This document shows, piece after piece, positions 33,267 through 45,151 of a stretch of DNA of 56,444 nucleotides. The DNA lies in the NCBI GenBank assembly GCA_964615225.1, contig CAZTMV010000001.1, positions 1 to 56,444 on the forward strand. The letters run 5' to 3'. This DNA is from an uncultured Candidatus Saccharibacteria bacterium (GTDB lineage: Bacteria; Patescibacteriota; Minisyncoccia; Phycocordibacterales; Phycocordibacteraceae). The notes beneath the pieces are model-generated. The model did no database searches and was not told the origin of the DNA. It was given only the letters and a program-made list of their open reading frames with translations. How positions within the stretch are numbered: position 1 is the first letter of the stretch; every line of letters starts with the position of its first letter. The translations under genes and the position numbers were made by a program.

Positions 33267-35328
33267 ACTCCTGCACGAGTTCGAAATCCAGTTCTCGCTC
33301 CATTACTCTTGCAGCGATAAGACGTACTTTGATCGGATCTCCTAGGCGGTACTCCTTCTTGGTACGTTCGCCGACCAAGCGGTAGCGCTTTTCGTCGTAG
33401 ATAAAGTAGTCATTGCCGATCGCGTTCACGCGCACCATGCCGTCTGCGCGTGTTTCCTTAAGTTCTACATAGAGGCCGCGCTCCGTCACGCCTGAAATGA
33501 CACCCTCAAATACTTCACCAATGCGGCCCATAAGAAACTCCACCTGTTTCATCTTGATCGAGTCGCGTTCCGCTTCTGCAGCAGACACTTCGCGCTCCGA
33601 AGAGCGTATTGAGAGCGCCTCGAACTCGTCCATCTGTGCTTGTGGAAGCTCCTTGTTTGAAACGTAATGCTTCAACATGCGATGCACGAGAATATCCGGG
33701 TAGCGGCGGATCGGGGACGTGAAGTGCGTATAGAACTCAAACGCAAGGCCGTAGTGGCCGATGTTCTTGGTCGTGTAAATAGCCTTGGACATCGAGCGGA
33801 GCACGGCCATCTTAATGAGGTATTCCTCAGGCTTATCTTTCACCGACTGCATAAGCGCGTTCAGGTCAGTGCCTTTTACCTTGCCACTTGCTTCGTGTTT
33901 GAGGTTGTAGCCGAGCACCTTCAAAAACGCCGAGAGGTCGATGATCTTCTCTGCGTTCGGGTGATCATGTACGCGGTACACGGACGGGTTGTTGTTGTGG
34001 CGCTTGCCGAGCCCTGATAGTTCTTCGGCAACTGCTTCGTTTGCAAGCAGCATGAAGTCTTCGATCAGCAGGTTAGTGTCCTTGCGCTCCTTGAGACGAA
34101 CCGCAACGGGGCGTCCCTCAGCGTCCAGTTCGATCTTTACTTCGGCAGTATCGAAATCAATCGAACCCTTGGCGACGCGCTTTGCACGGATCTTGCGCGC
34201 AAGGTCGCGCATGAGGTTGAGTTCTTGAAGCAGCGGGCCGTCCTGCTTGTCCAATACTTCCTGCGCTTCTTCGTATGAAAAGCGCTTATCGGAGTAGATG
34301 ACCGTTTCGCCAAACCATTTTGAGACGATCTGTGCATTCTTGTCGAGCACGAACACGGCGCTCATCGCAAGGCGATCCACTGCGGGATTCAAAGAACAGA
34401 AGTTCGTGGAAAGCACATGCGGAAGCATGGGAATAGTGCGGTCCACCAAGTAGACCGACGTAGCGCGGCTGCGTCCTTCGGCATCAATGGCGTTGCCAGG
34501 CTTCACGAAGAACGAGACGTCGGCAATATGCACGCCTACCTCGGTGTTTCCATCAGACAGAGTGCGGATTGAGAGGGCGTCGTCAAAGTCTTTAGCATCT
34601 GCCGGATCAATGGTGAATGTCGTAATCTTGCGGAAGTCACGGCGCACGCCAGCGGAGGGAGTGCCGTCCCACTCGGTTGCGCTTGCTGCTTCTGCCGCGA
34701 TCATCGCTTCGCCGGTGGTTTCAAGTTGCTTCGCTTCTGCGACAACGCCAGGAGGGAAGTCGGAGCTGAAGCCCTGGGAAAGCGCGAGTGCGCGCATCTC
34801 AACGTCATGGACGCCGGCCATGCCGATCACTTCCGTAACCGTGCCCCATGGGTACGGCGCGTTCTGTTCCCAGCCGCCAAGTTTGAGCACTACCTTATGG
34901 CCGAGGGGATGATTCTCGCCTCGGACCATAAACGGCACGTACATTTTCTTCCAGTCAGGAATAAGCAGGATGCGACCCTCGTCTTCAATAAGCTTGCCTA
35001 CAAACGACTCGCGCATGCGCGTCACTACGCGCACCACTTTGCCGTTCTTGCGCTTCTGGCGCGTGCGGGGGTCTATGGAGGTGCCGGTGTCCTCAACCTC
35101 TACGATGTCGCCCGGGAAGGCGCCACCCAAGGCTTCGCCAGGAACGAACAGATCCTCCTCATTGGGGTCATAGGAAAAGAATCCCTTGCCGGTGCGGGTG
35201 ATGGTGATTGGTCCTTGGTAGGTAGCCACGTTGTTATCCACTGTAGCAGATAAGCCGTTGTTTGTGCTATGGTTCTCCCTTCGCACACACTTCGTGCGAG
35301 GTTCAGTTTTGGAGTTACGTATGCTCAT
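33265..35328 (-). CDS. rnr: ribonuclease R (RNB family 3'-5' exoribonuclease)
   Basis: FTIDPADAKDFDDALS, LVDRTIPMLP, HYGLAFEFYTHFTSPIRRYPDILVHR, and a C-terminal S1 domain GEVFEGVISGVTERGLYVEL. Confidence 0.9.
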   Translation of the reverse strand: MSIRNSKTEPRTKCVRRENHSTNNGLSATVDNNVATYQGPITITRTGKGFFSYDPNEEDLFVPGEALGGAFPGDIVEVEDTGTSIDPRTRQKRKNGKVVRVVTRMRESFVGKLIEDEGRILLIPDWKKMYVPFMVRGENHPLGHKVVLKLGGWEQNAPYPWGTVTEVIGMAGVHDVEMRALALSQGFSSDFPPGVVAEAKQLETTGEAMIAAEAASATEWDGTPSAGVRRDFRKITTFTIDPADAKDFDDALSIRTLSDGNTEVGVHIADVSFFVKPGNAIDAEGRSRATSVYLVDRTIPMLPHVLSTNFCSLNPAVDRLAMSAVFVLDKNAQIVSKWFGETVIYSDKRFSYEEAQEVLDKQDGPLLQELNLMRDLARKIRAKRVAKGSIDFDTAEVKIELDAEGRPVAVRLKERKDTNLLIEDFMLLANEAVAEELSGLGKRHNNNPSVYRVHDHPNAEKIIDLSAFLKVLGYNLKHEASGKVKGTDLNALMQSVKDKPEEYLIKMAVLRSMSKAIYTTKNIGHYGLAFEFYTHFTSPIRRYPDILVHRMLKHYVSNKELPQAQMDEFEALSIRSSEREVSAAEAERDSIKMKQVEFLMGRIGEVFEGVISGVTERGLYVELKETRADGMVRVNAIGNDYFIYDEKRYRLVGERTKKEYRLGDPIKVRLIAARVMERELDFELVQE

Positions 35329-35446
35329 TCATAGCGGGGAACGGCAGCGCAGGTCGAAGCTCGGGTTCGTGGTTCGGATCGTCCTTTCGTCCTTCATTGT
35401 CTTAACTCTCTCCACAACAGCGCTCAACACGGTTGCGCCGCTGTAG
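35321..35446 (+). CDS. possible 41-aa membrane peptide
   Basis: MLIHSGERQRRSKLGFVVRIVLSSFIVLTLSTTALNTVAPL. SD GGAG 6 nt upstream, TGCTATGGT at 35264-35272, a long hairpin and terminator downstream. It overlaps the annotated rnr start by 8 nt in antisense. Confidence 0.25.
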   Translation: MLIHSGERQRRSKLGFVVRIVLSSFIVLTLSTTALNTVAPL

Positions 35447-35508
35447 TGGTATCGTTAGGACGGGAGAGTTCGAGCACCCCTCGTCTCACCCGTCCCCACC
35501 AGGACCTT

Positions 35509-35538
35509 GGGCCTCGCACACGCGAGGCCCTTTTTCTT
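35509..35538 (+). terminator. intrinsic terminator just upstream of the rpsP promoter
   Basis: gggcctcgc-acac-gcgaggccc followed by TTTTTCTTT. Confidence 0.7.
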
Positions 35539-35542
35539 TGGT

Positions 35543-35571
35543 TTGACCATTACATGCTTCTCTGGTATTCT
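35543..35571 (+). promoter_or_regulatory. rpsP promoter TTGACC-17-TGgTATTCT
   Basis: TTGACC 35543-35548, TATTCT 35566-35571, ATG 10 nt downstream. Confidence 0.65.
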
Positions 35572-35581
35572 CCCGGAATCT

Positions 35582-36010
35582 ATGTTGATGATCCGTTTCC
35601 AGCGCATCGGCCGCCGCAATGACCCGGCGTTCCGCATCGTTGTCCTTGAAAAGACCTCCGGCCCTAAGGCGGGAACCTATGTCGACCTTGTCGGCACCTA
35701 CAACCCTAAGACCAAGGCCTTCCAGGCGGACGGCGAGAAGATCAAAGGTTGGATCCAGAAGGGTGCACAGGTCTCTGACTCCCTGAAGAACCTCCTTATC
35801 ACCAAGGGTGTCTTGGAGGGCAAGAAGGTAGCAGTCATTTCTAAGACCAACCTCGAAAAGAACAAGAAGGAGGAGACTCCGGTAGTAGAGGAAGCAGCTC
35901 CAGCAACCGAGGAGGCTGCAGTAGAGGAGGCAGTTGCGCAGGCAGATGTCGTTGAGGAGACTCCGGCAGAGGAAGCAGCTCCTGCAGAAGAGGCAGCTCC
36001 GGCTGCGTAA
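35582..36010 (+). CDS. rpsP: 30S ribosomal protein S16 with Ala/Glu/Pro-rich C-terminal extension
   Basis: MLMIRFQRIGRRNDPAFRIVV...; 142 aa. Confidence 0.9.
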   Translation: MLMIRFQRIGRRNDPAFRIVVLEKTSGPKAGTYVDLVGTYNPKTKAFQADGEKIKGWIQKGAQVSDSLKNLLITKGVLEGKKVAVISKTNLEKNKKEETPVVEEAAPATEEAAVEEAVAQADVVEETPAEEAAPAEEAAPAA

Positions 36011-36072
36011 GTGCCCGGGCGCTTAGCGCCTCGTTCCCGATTGATCACCCCTAACGATTGCTACGACTGACT

Positions 36073-36384
36073 ATGGAACAAGATCATGCATTTCTCGAAT
36101 ACGTTGTAAAAGCGCTCGTCGATTCTCCCGACGCGGTGGTCATTACCCGCGGAGTAGATGAAATGGGTGTACTGCTGACGCTTACCGTTGCGCCAGACGA
36201 TATGGGCAAGATTATCGGCCGCGACGGCAATATCGCTAAGGCGATCCGCACCCTCCTTCGCGTAGTCGGCATGAAGCACAATGCGCGCGTTAACCTGAAA
36301 GTGAATGAACCGGTCGGCGGCAAGCGCTATGGCGACACGCCTGAGCAGAAGTCGGTAGACCAGGTCGTCGACGAGCTACAATAA
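36073..36384 (+). CDS. KH-domain RNA-binding protein (YlqC/UPF0109-like)
   Basis: FLEYVVKALVDSPDAVVI...MGKIIGRDGNIAKAIRTLL; conserved position after rpsP. Confidence 0.8.
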   Translation: MEQDHAFLEYVVKALVDSPDAVVITRGVDEMGVLLTLTVAPDDMGKIIGRDGNIAKAIRTLLRVVGMKHNARVNLKVNEPVGGKRYGDTPEQKSVDQVVDELQ

Positions 36385-36388
36385 GCGC

Positions 36389-36745
36389 ATGGTGAATTTC
36401 GAGCGTGTCTCGCTTGGGCAGCCCTCCTGGGAGGAGCGCTTGAGTCATGTGGCACAGGATGCGCTCGCGTTTGGCGAGAAGGCCTGTGTAGTATTTTTGC
36501 GGACCGAGTCCGCGCTTTATGGGATTCGCGGCACAGGCTACAAGGTAGCTGGTTTCCTCTCCGGCGATATCCATGTGCGGGGCGACCTGCAACCGCTTGG
36601 AACCTTTGCGCTTTCCGCGCCCGATGCAGATATGGAGGTAAAGGAGTTCGCTGCTAAGCGCCTCGGCTCGCTTGCAGCAACTGTAATAGGCCAGGGCCGC
36701 CCGCTCACTATTCTTGATGCTGCCACTGCAGCCAACTCGCTATGA
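36389..36745 (+). CDS. hypothetical protein in the rimM position of the rpsP-trmD operon
   Basis: 118 aa, ATGA-coupled to trmD. LYGIRGTGYKV resembles the RimM N-terminal YGIRG/HGIKGEVKV motif, but no PRC-barrel half is evident. Confidence 0.4.
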   Translation: MVNFERVSLGQPSWEERLSHVAQDALAFGEKACVVFLRTESALYGIRGTGYKVAGFLSGDIHVRGDLQPLGTFALSAPDADMEVKEFAAKRLGSLAATVIGQGRPLTILDAATAANSL

Positions 36746-37392
36746 AGCGCTTCCATTTGATTACGCTGTTTGCTGAAGCGTGCGAGCCCTATTTGAGTGC
36801 ATCGATCATCGGTCGTGCGCGTACGAACAAGAAGATTTCCGTTGATTATCAGAATCCGCGCGACTACGTCGACAACCGCTGGGGCAAGGTGGATGAGCGT
36901 CCGTATGGCGGCGGTCCTGGCATGGTTATGACCGCGCTACCAGTCGTGAAGGCAGCACAGAAAGCGATTGCGCGCAGGAAGGGGAAGGTTGCCATCGTGT
37001 GGTTTTCGCCAAGCGCGAAAGCGTTTACCAATAAAGACGCTGACGCACTCGCCAAGTTTGATGACATCGTACTCGTGTGCGGACGCTATGAGGGTATTGA
37101 TGCGCGCGCTGCAAAGATACTGAAGACTTTTGGAACACTGAAAACCTACTCAGTAGGGGAGGCAGTGCTCACTGGCGGGGAGCTCCCAGCTATGGCAATT
37201 GTGGACGCGGTGACACGCCGGCTTCCAGGTGTTCTTGGAAAGGACGCCTCGGTAGAGGAGCGCCGCATCGCAAGCGCGGATGTGTATACGCGTCCGGAAA
37301 CGATCACGTTTAATAAAAAGAATTACAAAGTACCGAAGGTACTGCAGACCGGACATCACGCGAATATAGACGAGTGGCGTAAGAAGCAGTAG
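36742..37392 (+). CDS. trmD: tRNA (guanine37-N1)-methyltransferase
   Basis: FHLITLFAE...RPYGGGPGMVM...LVCGRYEGIDAR...SVGEAVLTGGELPAM. Confidence 0.9.
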   Translation: MKRFHLITLFAEACEPYLSASIIGRARTNKKISVDYQNPRDYVDNRWGKVDERPYGGGPGMVMTALPVVKAAQKAIARRKGKVAIVWFSPSAKAFTNKDADALAKFDDIVLVCGRYEGIDARAAKILKTFGTLKTYSVGEAVLTGGELPAMAIVDAVTRRLPGVLGKDASVEERRIASADVYTRPETITFNKKNYKVPKVLQTGHHANIDEWRKKQ

Positions 37393-37422
37393 AAAAGGCG
37401 ACCAATGAACGGTCGCCTTTTG
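37393..37422. terminator. bidirectional terminator
   Basis: AAAAggcgacc-aatgaac-ggtcgccTTTT. Confidence 0.75.
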
Positions 37423-37557
37423 TTAGCGCTTGCGTCCGCCATGCCAGCGGGCCCTACGCTTCCTTCCGGAGAGGAGGTGTCCTACAAACGCGGATCCGAG
37501 TACGAGCACGGACGCGTAGATAATAAACCACCCCCACCAGGGTAGATTCTCAAGCAT
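37423..37557 (-). CDS. possible 44-aa membrane peptide with basic tail (not in the ORF track)
   Basis: MLENLPWWGWFIIYASVLVLGSAFVGHLLSGRKRRARWHGGRKR, GGAGAG upstream. Confidence 0.3.
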   Translation of the reverse strand: MLENLPWWGWFIIYASVLVLGSAFVGHLLSGRKRRARWHGGRKR

Positions 37558-37634
37558 ATAGCTCTCCATGTACGCCTACGGGCATCATGCAGAGGGTCTA
37601 GTGAAGGGTGGATGAAGCCTATCCCCAAGGGAGC

Positions 37635-37664
37635 TTGACCTTCTGCAGTAGGGAGGTCTATACT
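37635..37664 (+). promoter_or_regulatory. rpoBC promoter TTGACC-18-TATACT with ~155-nt structured leader
   Basis: TTGACC 37635-37640 and TATACT 37659-37664. The leader contains several 5-7 bp hairpins (cggatt..aatccg, gcgtc..gacgc, ctcgt..acgag). Confidence 0.55.
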
Positions 37665-37822
37665 GGGCCTAACCAGAACGGATTGAGTGACGGCAGCACT
37701 CTGGCGGGCGAATCCGAAAAGAACACCAATTTGTAGAAAGCGTCTCGAAACGGGACGCGGCTCGTCGTGTACGAGTCCTTTACGCGTTTACCGGCTTCAT
37801 ATTTATTTAACCTCTCACCCCT

Positions 37823-40800
37823 ATGCGAAACCAAAAGGCCCTCCCGCAGAAGACCTTCGGTGCGTACAAAGCACCCCGCATCGAGTTCCCAGACCTCGTC
37901 GCACACCAGCGCGAATCGTTTGATTGGCTCGTCAAAGAAGGACTTGCAGAACTCTTCAAGGAGTTCTCTCCTATCCCTGATTATTCAACCAAAAAGTTCG
38001 AACTCCGCTTCGACGGCTTCGAGATCGGCGACCCGAAAGGGGACGAAGAGCATGCGCGTGAGAACATGCGCACCTATGAGGCTCCGGTAAAGGCGAAGGT
38101 CACGCTTTTGAACAAAACCATGGGCACCGAGAAGTCGCAGGATATTTTCCTTGCAGACATTCCGCTCATGACTCCGCACGGCTCGTTCATCGTCTCGGGT
38201 GTTGAGCGCGCTATCGTGCCACAGCTCGCACGCTCCTTCGGTGCATTCTTCATTTCTGAGGACCTGAAGGGCAAGCAGTTCTTCGGCGCAAAGATCATTC
38301 CGGCGCGCGGCGTCTGGATCGAGATCGATTCCGAGGCAGATGGCGCGATCTTCGTGAAGATCGACCGCAAGCGCAAGTTCCCGATCACCAACCTGCTCTC
38401 CGTATTTGGCGCAGGCGTTGGTGAGGACATTCTTGCGCGCTTCAAGGGTAATGAGGTTGCAACCGCTGCAGTAAAGGCAACGCTTGCGCACGACACCACC
38501 AAGTCCATCGAGGACGTCTACATCGAGATTCACCGCCGTATGCGCGATGGCGATCTTGCAACCGCAGAGAACGCGAAGCAGTACGTGAACCTCCTGTTCA
38601 CGCCTGAGCGCTACGACCTTTCTAAGGTCGGCCGCCATCGCTTGAACGCACGCTTTGGCCTTGCGACTGATGCAAAGAGCTTGAACCAGCGCGCCCTTAC
38701 GCTTGATGACCTTACCCGCATTGTGGCTGAGATCGCTCGCTTGAACGAGGACCCCAACGCCCGCCCTGACGACATTGACCACCTCGGCTTCCGCCGCGTC
38801 CGCTTCGTCGGCGAGTTGCTCCAGGCACGTATGCGTGTCGGTATGTCCCGCATGAAGCGCAACATCCAGGACCGCATGTCCACCATTGAGAGCGAGACTT
38901 CGCTTCCGATGGCCTTTGTAAATCCGCGCCCGCTGCAGGCTTCGATCCGTGAGTTCTTCACGGCTAACCAGCTCTCGCAGTTCATGGACCAGCAGAACAT
39001 TCTTGCTGAGCTTGAGAACATGCGTACCTTGTCTGCACTGGGTCCCGGCGGCCTCACCCGCGAGCGTGCAGGCTTTGAAGTGCGCGACGTGCACACTTCG
39101 CACTACGGACGCCTCTGTCCGATCCACACACCAGAAGGACAGAACATTGGTCTTATTCTGCGCATGGCGCTGCATGCACGCACCAACGAGTTTGGCGTGC
39201 TTGAGACGCCGTACGCGGTTGTGAAAAATGGCGTGGTGACTGACGAGGTTCGTTACTTGAACGCGCTCGAGGAAGAGGAGAACACGATTGCGCACGCCGC
39301 AACGCCGGTAGACGAAAAGGGCCGCATTACTGCAGATGCGATTGAGGCGCGCCGCAACGGCGAGCCAGCAGTCGTCTCCAAAAACGAGATCGACCTCATT
39401 GATGCATCGACCTACCAGATGTTCTCTGCAGCAACTGCCATGATTCCGTTCGTGGACCACGACGACGCAAACCGCGCGCTCATGGGTTCGAACATGCAGA
39501 AGCAGGCAACCCCATGTCTCATTCCCGAAGCCCCGCTCGTATCTACGGGTATCGAGGAGCATGCTGCTCGCAACACCGGACGCCTCATCATTGCTGTTGA
39601 AGCAGGCGAGGTTACCTATGTTGATGCGAAGAAAGTTGTCGTCGAGAACAAGGACGGCAAGAAGAAGGAGTACAAGCTCCAGGGCCTTACCCAGACCAAC
39701 CAGAACTCTGCATTCAGCCAGCGCCCGTCAGTCTTCCTTGGTGACAAGGTAAAGAAGGGTCAGGTGCTTGCAGATGCTTCAAGTTCCGAAAACGGCCAGA
39801 TGGCGCTCGGACAGAACGTTCGCGTGGCCTTCATGAGCTGGAGCGGCGCTAACTACGAAGACGCAATCATCGTCTCTGAGAAGCTTGTACAACAGTCGAA
39901 GTTCACCACGATTCACATCGAGGACTTTGAGTGTGCTGTTCGCGACACCAAGCTCGGCGCAGAAGTTACCACCCACGACATTCCAAACGTCGGTGAGCTC
40001 CGCCTCAAGAATCTTGATGAGGACGGCGTTGTCCGCATCGGTGCGGAGGTTCGCCCAGGCGACATTCTCGTCGGTAAGGTAACGCCAAAGGGCGAGACGC
40101 AGCTCACGCCTGAGGAACGCCTCCTTCGCTCGATCTTCGGCGACAAGGCGAAGGATGTGAAGGACACCTCACTTCGCATGGAAGGCGGCAAGCGCGGTCG
40201 CGTGATCGGCGTGAAGGTGTTCAGTCGCGAGCAGGGAGACCAGCTCGAGTCTGGCATCATCAAGAAGATCGTTGTCACTGTCGCACAGGCCCGCAACGTT
40301 TCTGTCGGAGACAAGCTCGCAGGACGCCACGGTAACAAGGGTGTTATTTCCCGCGTGCTTCCAGCAGAAGATATGCCGTACGACAAGGACGGCAATCCAG
40401 TCGACATCATCCTGACTCCGCTTGGCGTTCCGTCTCGTATGAACCTCGGTCAGATCCTTGAGATGCACCTTGGTCTTGCAGCGAACACCTTGAACTACCA
40501 GGCAGTCGTGCCTCCGTTTGCAGGAGCAACGCCTGACGAGATTCGCGACGAGCTCGTTGCTGCAGGCTTTGATCGCTCCGGCAAGATGCAGCTGTTTGAC
40601 GGCCGCACCGGCGAAGCATTCGCACAGGCAGTGTCTGTGGGCTACATGTACATCTTGAAGCTGCATCACATGGTGGAGGACAAGATCCACATGCGCTCAA
40701 TCGGTCCGTACTCACTTATCACCCAGCAGCCGCTTGGAGGTAAGGCGCAGAACGGCGGTCAGCGCTTCGGAGAAATGGAAGTGTGGGCGCTTCTTGGCTA

Positions 40801-41002
40801 CGGTGCTGCCTACACGCTCCGCGAAATGCTCACCATCAAGTCTGACGATATCCAGGGCCGCTCAGCAACGTTCGATGCGATCGTGAAATCAGAGCCGGTT
40901 ACACACTCCGGCACCCCGGCATCCTTTGCCGTTCTTACCAACCAGATCCGCGGTCTCGCGCTCGATATCGAAGCGATGGAGCGCCCGGCTGACGCAGAAT
41001 AA
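37823..41002 (+). CDS. rpoB: DNA-directed RNA polymerase beta subunit (compact, 1059 aa)
   Basis: Conserved blocks SQLSQFMDQQN, GPGGLTRERAGFEVRDVH.SHYGR.CPI.TPEG.NIGL, NMQ(K)QA, KLAGRHGNKGV, GGQRFGEMEVWAL. Confidence 0.97.
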   Translation: MRNQKALPQKTFGAYKAPRIEFPDLVAHQRESFDWLVKEGLAELFKEFSPIPDYSTKKFELRFDGFEIGDPKGDEEHARENMRTYEAPVKAKVTLLNKTMGTEKSQDIFLADIPLMTPHGSFIVSGVERAIVPQLARSFGAFFISEDLKGKQFFGAKIIPARGVWIEIDSEADGAIFVKIDRKRKFPITNLLSVFGAGVGEDILARFKGNEVATAAVKATLAHDTTKSIEDVYIEIHRRMRDGDLATAENAKQYVNLLFTPERYDLSKVGRHRLNARFGLATDAKSLNQRALTLDDLTRIVAEIARLNEDPNARPDDIDHLGFRRVRFVGELLQARMRVGMSRMKRNIQDRMSTIESETSLPMAFVNPRPLQASIREFFTANQLSQFMDQQNILAELENMRTLSALGPGGLTRERAGFEVRDVHTSHYGRLCPIHTPEGQNIGLILRMALHARTNEFGVLETPYAVVKNGVVTDEVRYLNALEEEENTIAHAATPVDEKGRITADAIEARRNGEPAVVSKNEIDLIDASTYQMFSAATAMIPFVDHDDANRALMGSNMQKQATPCLIPEAPLVSTGIEEHAARNTGRLIIAVEAGEVTYVDAKKVVVENKDGKKKEYKLQGLTQTNQNSAFSQRPSVFLGDKVKKGQVLADASSSENGQMALGQNVRVAFMSWSGANYEDAIIVSEKLVQQSKFTTIHIEDFECAVRDTKLGAEVTTHDIPNVGELRLKNLDEDGVVRIGAEVRPGDILVGKVTPKGETQLTPEERLLRSIFGDKAKDVKDTSLRMEGGKRGRVIGVKVFSREQGDQLESGIIKKIVVTVAQARNVSVGDKLAGRHGNKGVISRVLPAEDMPYDKDGNPVDIILTPLGVPSRMNLGQILEMHLGLAANTLNYQAVVPPFAGATPDEIRDELVAAGFDRSGKMQLFDGRTGEAFAQAVSVGYMYILKLHHMVEDKIHMRSIGPYSLITQQPLGGKAQNGGQRFGEMEVWALLGYGAAYTLREMLTIKSDDIQGRSATFDAIVKSEPVTHSGTPASFAVLTNQIRGLALDIEAMERPADAE

Positions 41003-41013
41003 TTCCCGCGACT

Positions 41014-44748
<3,735 letters not shown>

Positions 44749-44765
44749 GGGATTTGTTTATAAGA

Positions 44766-44797
44766 AAGACCGCCTCGGAAGGGGCGGTTTTTCTTTG
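44766..44797 (+). terminator. rpoC terminator
   Basis: accgcctc-ggaa-ggggcggt followed by TTTTTCTTT. Confidence 0.75.
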
Positions 44798-44839
44798 CGA
44801 AGCGCAATAGGACCATCCTCGGAAGGATGGTCCTATGTA

Positions 44840-45049
44840 TCAGCTTCCTGCTGGTTGAGGAGCGTTGGTCTTTGGCTTCGGCTCGTAGAGTAGACTCCCG
44901 ACGAAAAGCCATATGCCCGTATTTACTGCTGCGTTAACAATAGCAGCAGTCCACTGCTCGCTCGAAAGGGAGCTTAGATCTGGAACAGGCATCATGTTTG
45001 TTGCCGCTGCAAAGCCTGCCATCCATATGGCAAAAGCAACGTTGCGCAT
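44840..45049 (-). CDS. hypothetical small membrane protein
   Basis: 69 aa, two hydrophobic helices, SD GAGGAG 8 nt upstream. Confidence 0.5.
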   Translation of the reverse strand: MRNVAFAIWMAGFAAATNMMPVPDLSSLSSEQWTAAIVNAAVNTGIWLFVGSLLYEPKPKTNAPQPAGS

Positions 45050-45151
45050 GAGTATTTCTCCTCATTAGGCCCAAAATCATACTAGAATAAAGATGATATC
45101 TGTCAATGCGCGACTAGTAACCAAATGATAAAAGCTATAAGCTAGAGACAA

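Noticed and set aside
35456-35503. tRNA/tmRNA-like 3' end (GGACGGG..GTTCGAGC..CCCGTCCCCACCA)
   Set aside because: The TTCGAGC is not flanked by a pairable 5-bp T stem. There is no 5' acceptor partner, tag ORF or D/anticodon arms. The resemblance is superficial.
37687-37923. 78-aa GTG-initiated ORF in the rpoB leader overlapping the rpoB start
   Set aside because: It has no SD and an Arg/Pro-rich composition. The region is more plausibly a structured 5' UTR.
37985-39562. 525-aa ORF antisense to rpoB (also 38074-38508, 38611-39096, 39913-40410 and 40169-40690)
   Set aside because: These are shadow frames of a highly conserved gene, with no SD or promoter and no recognisable motifs.
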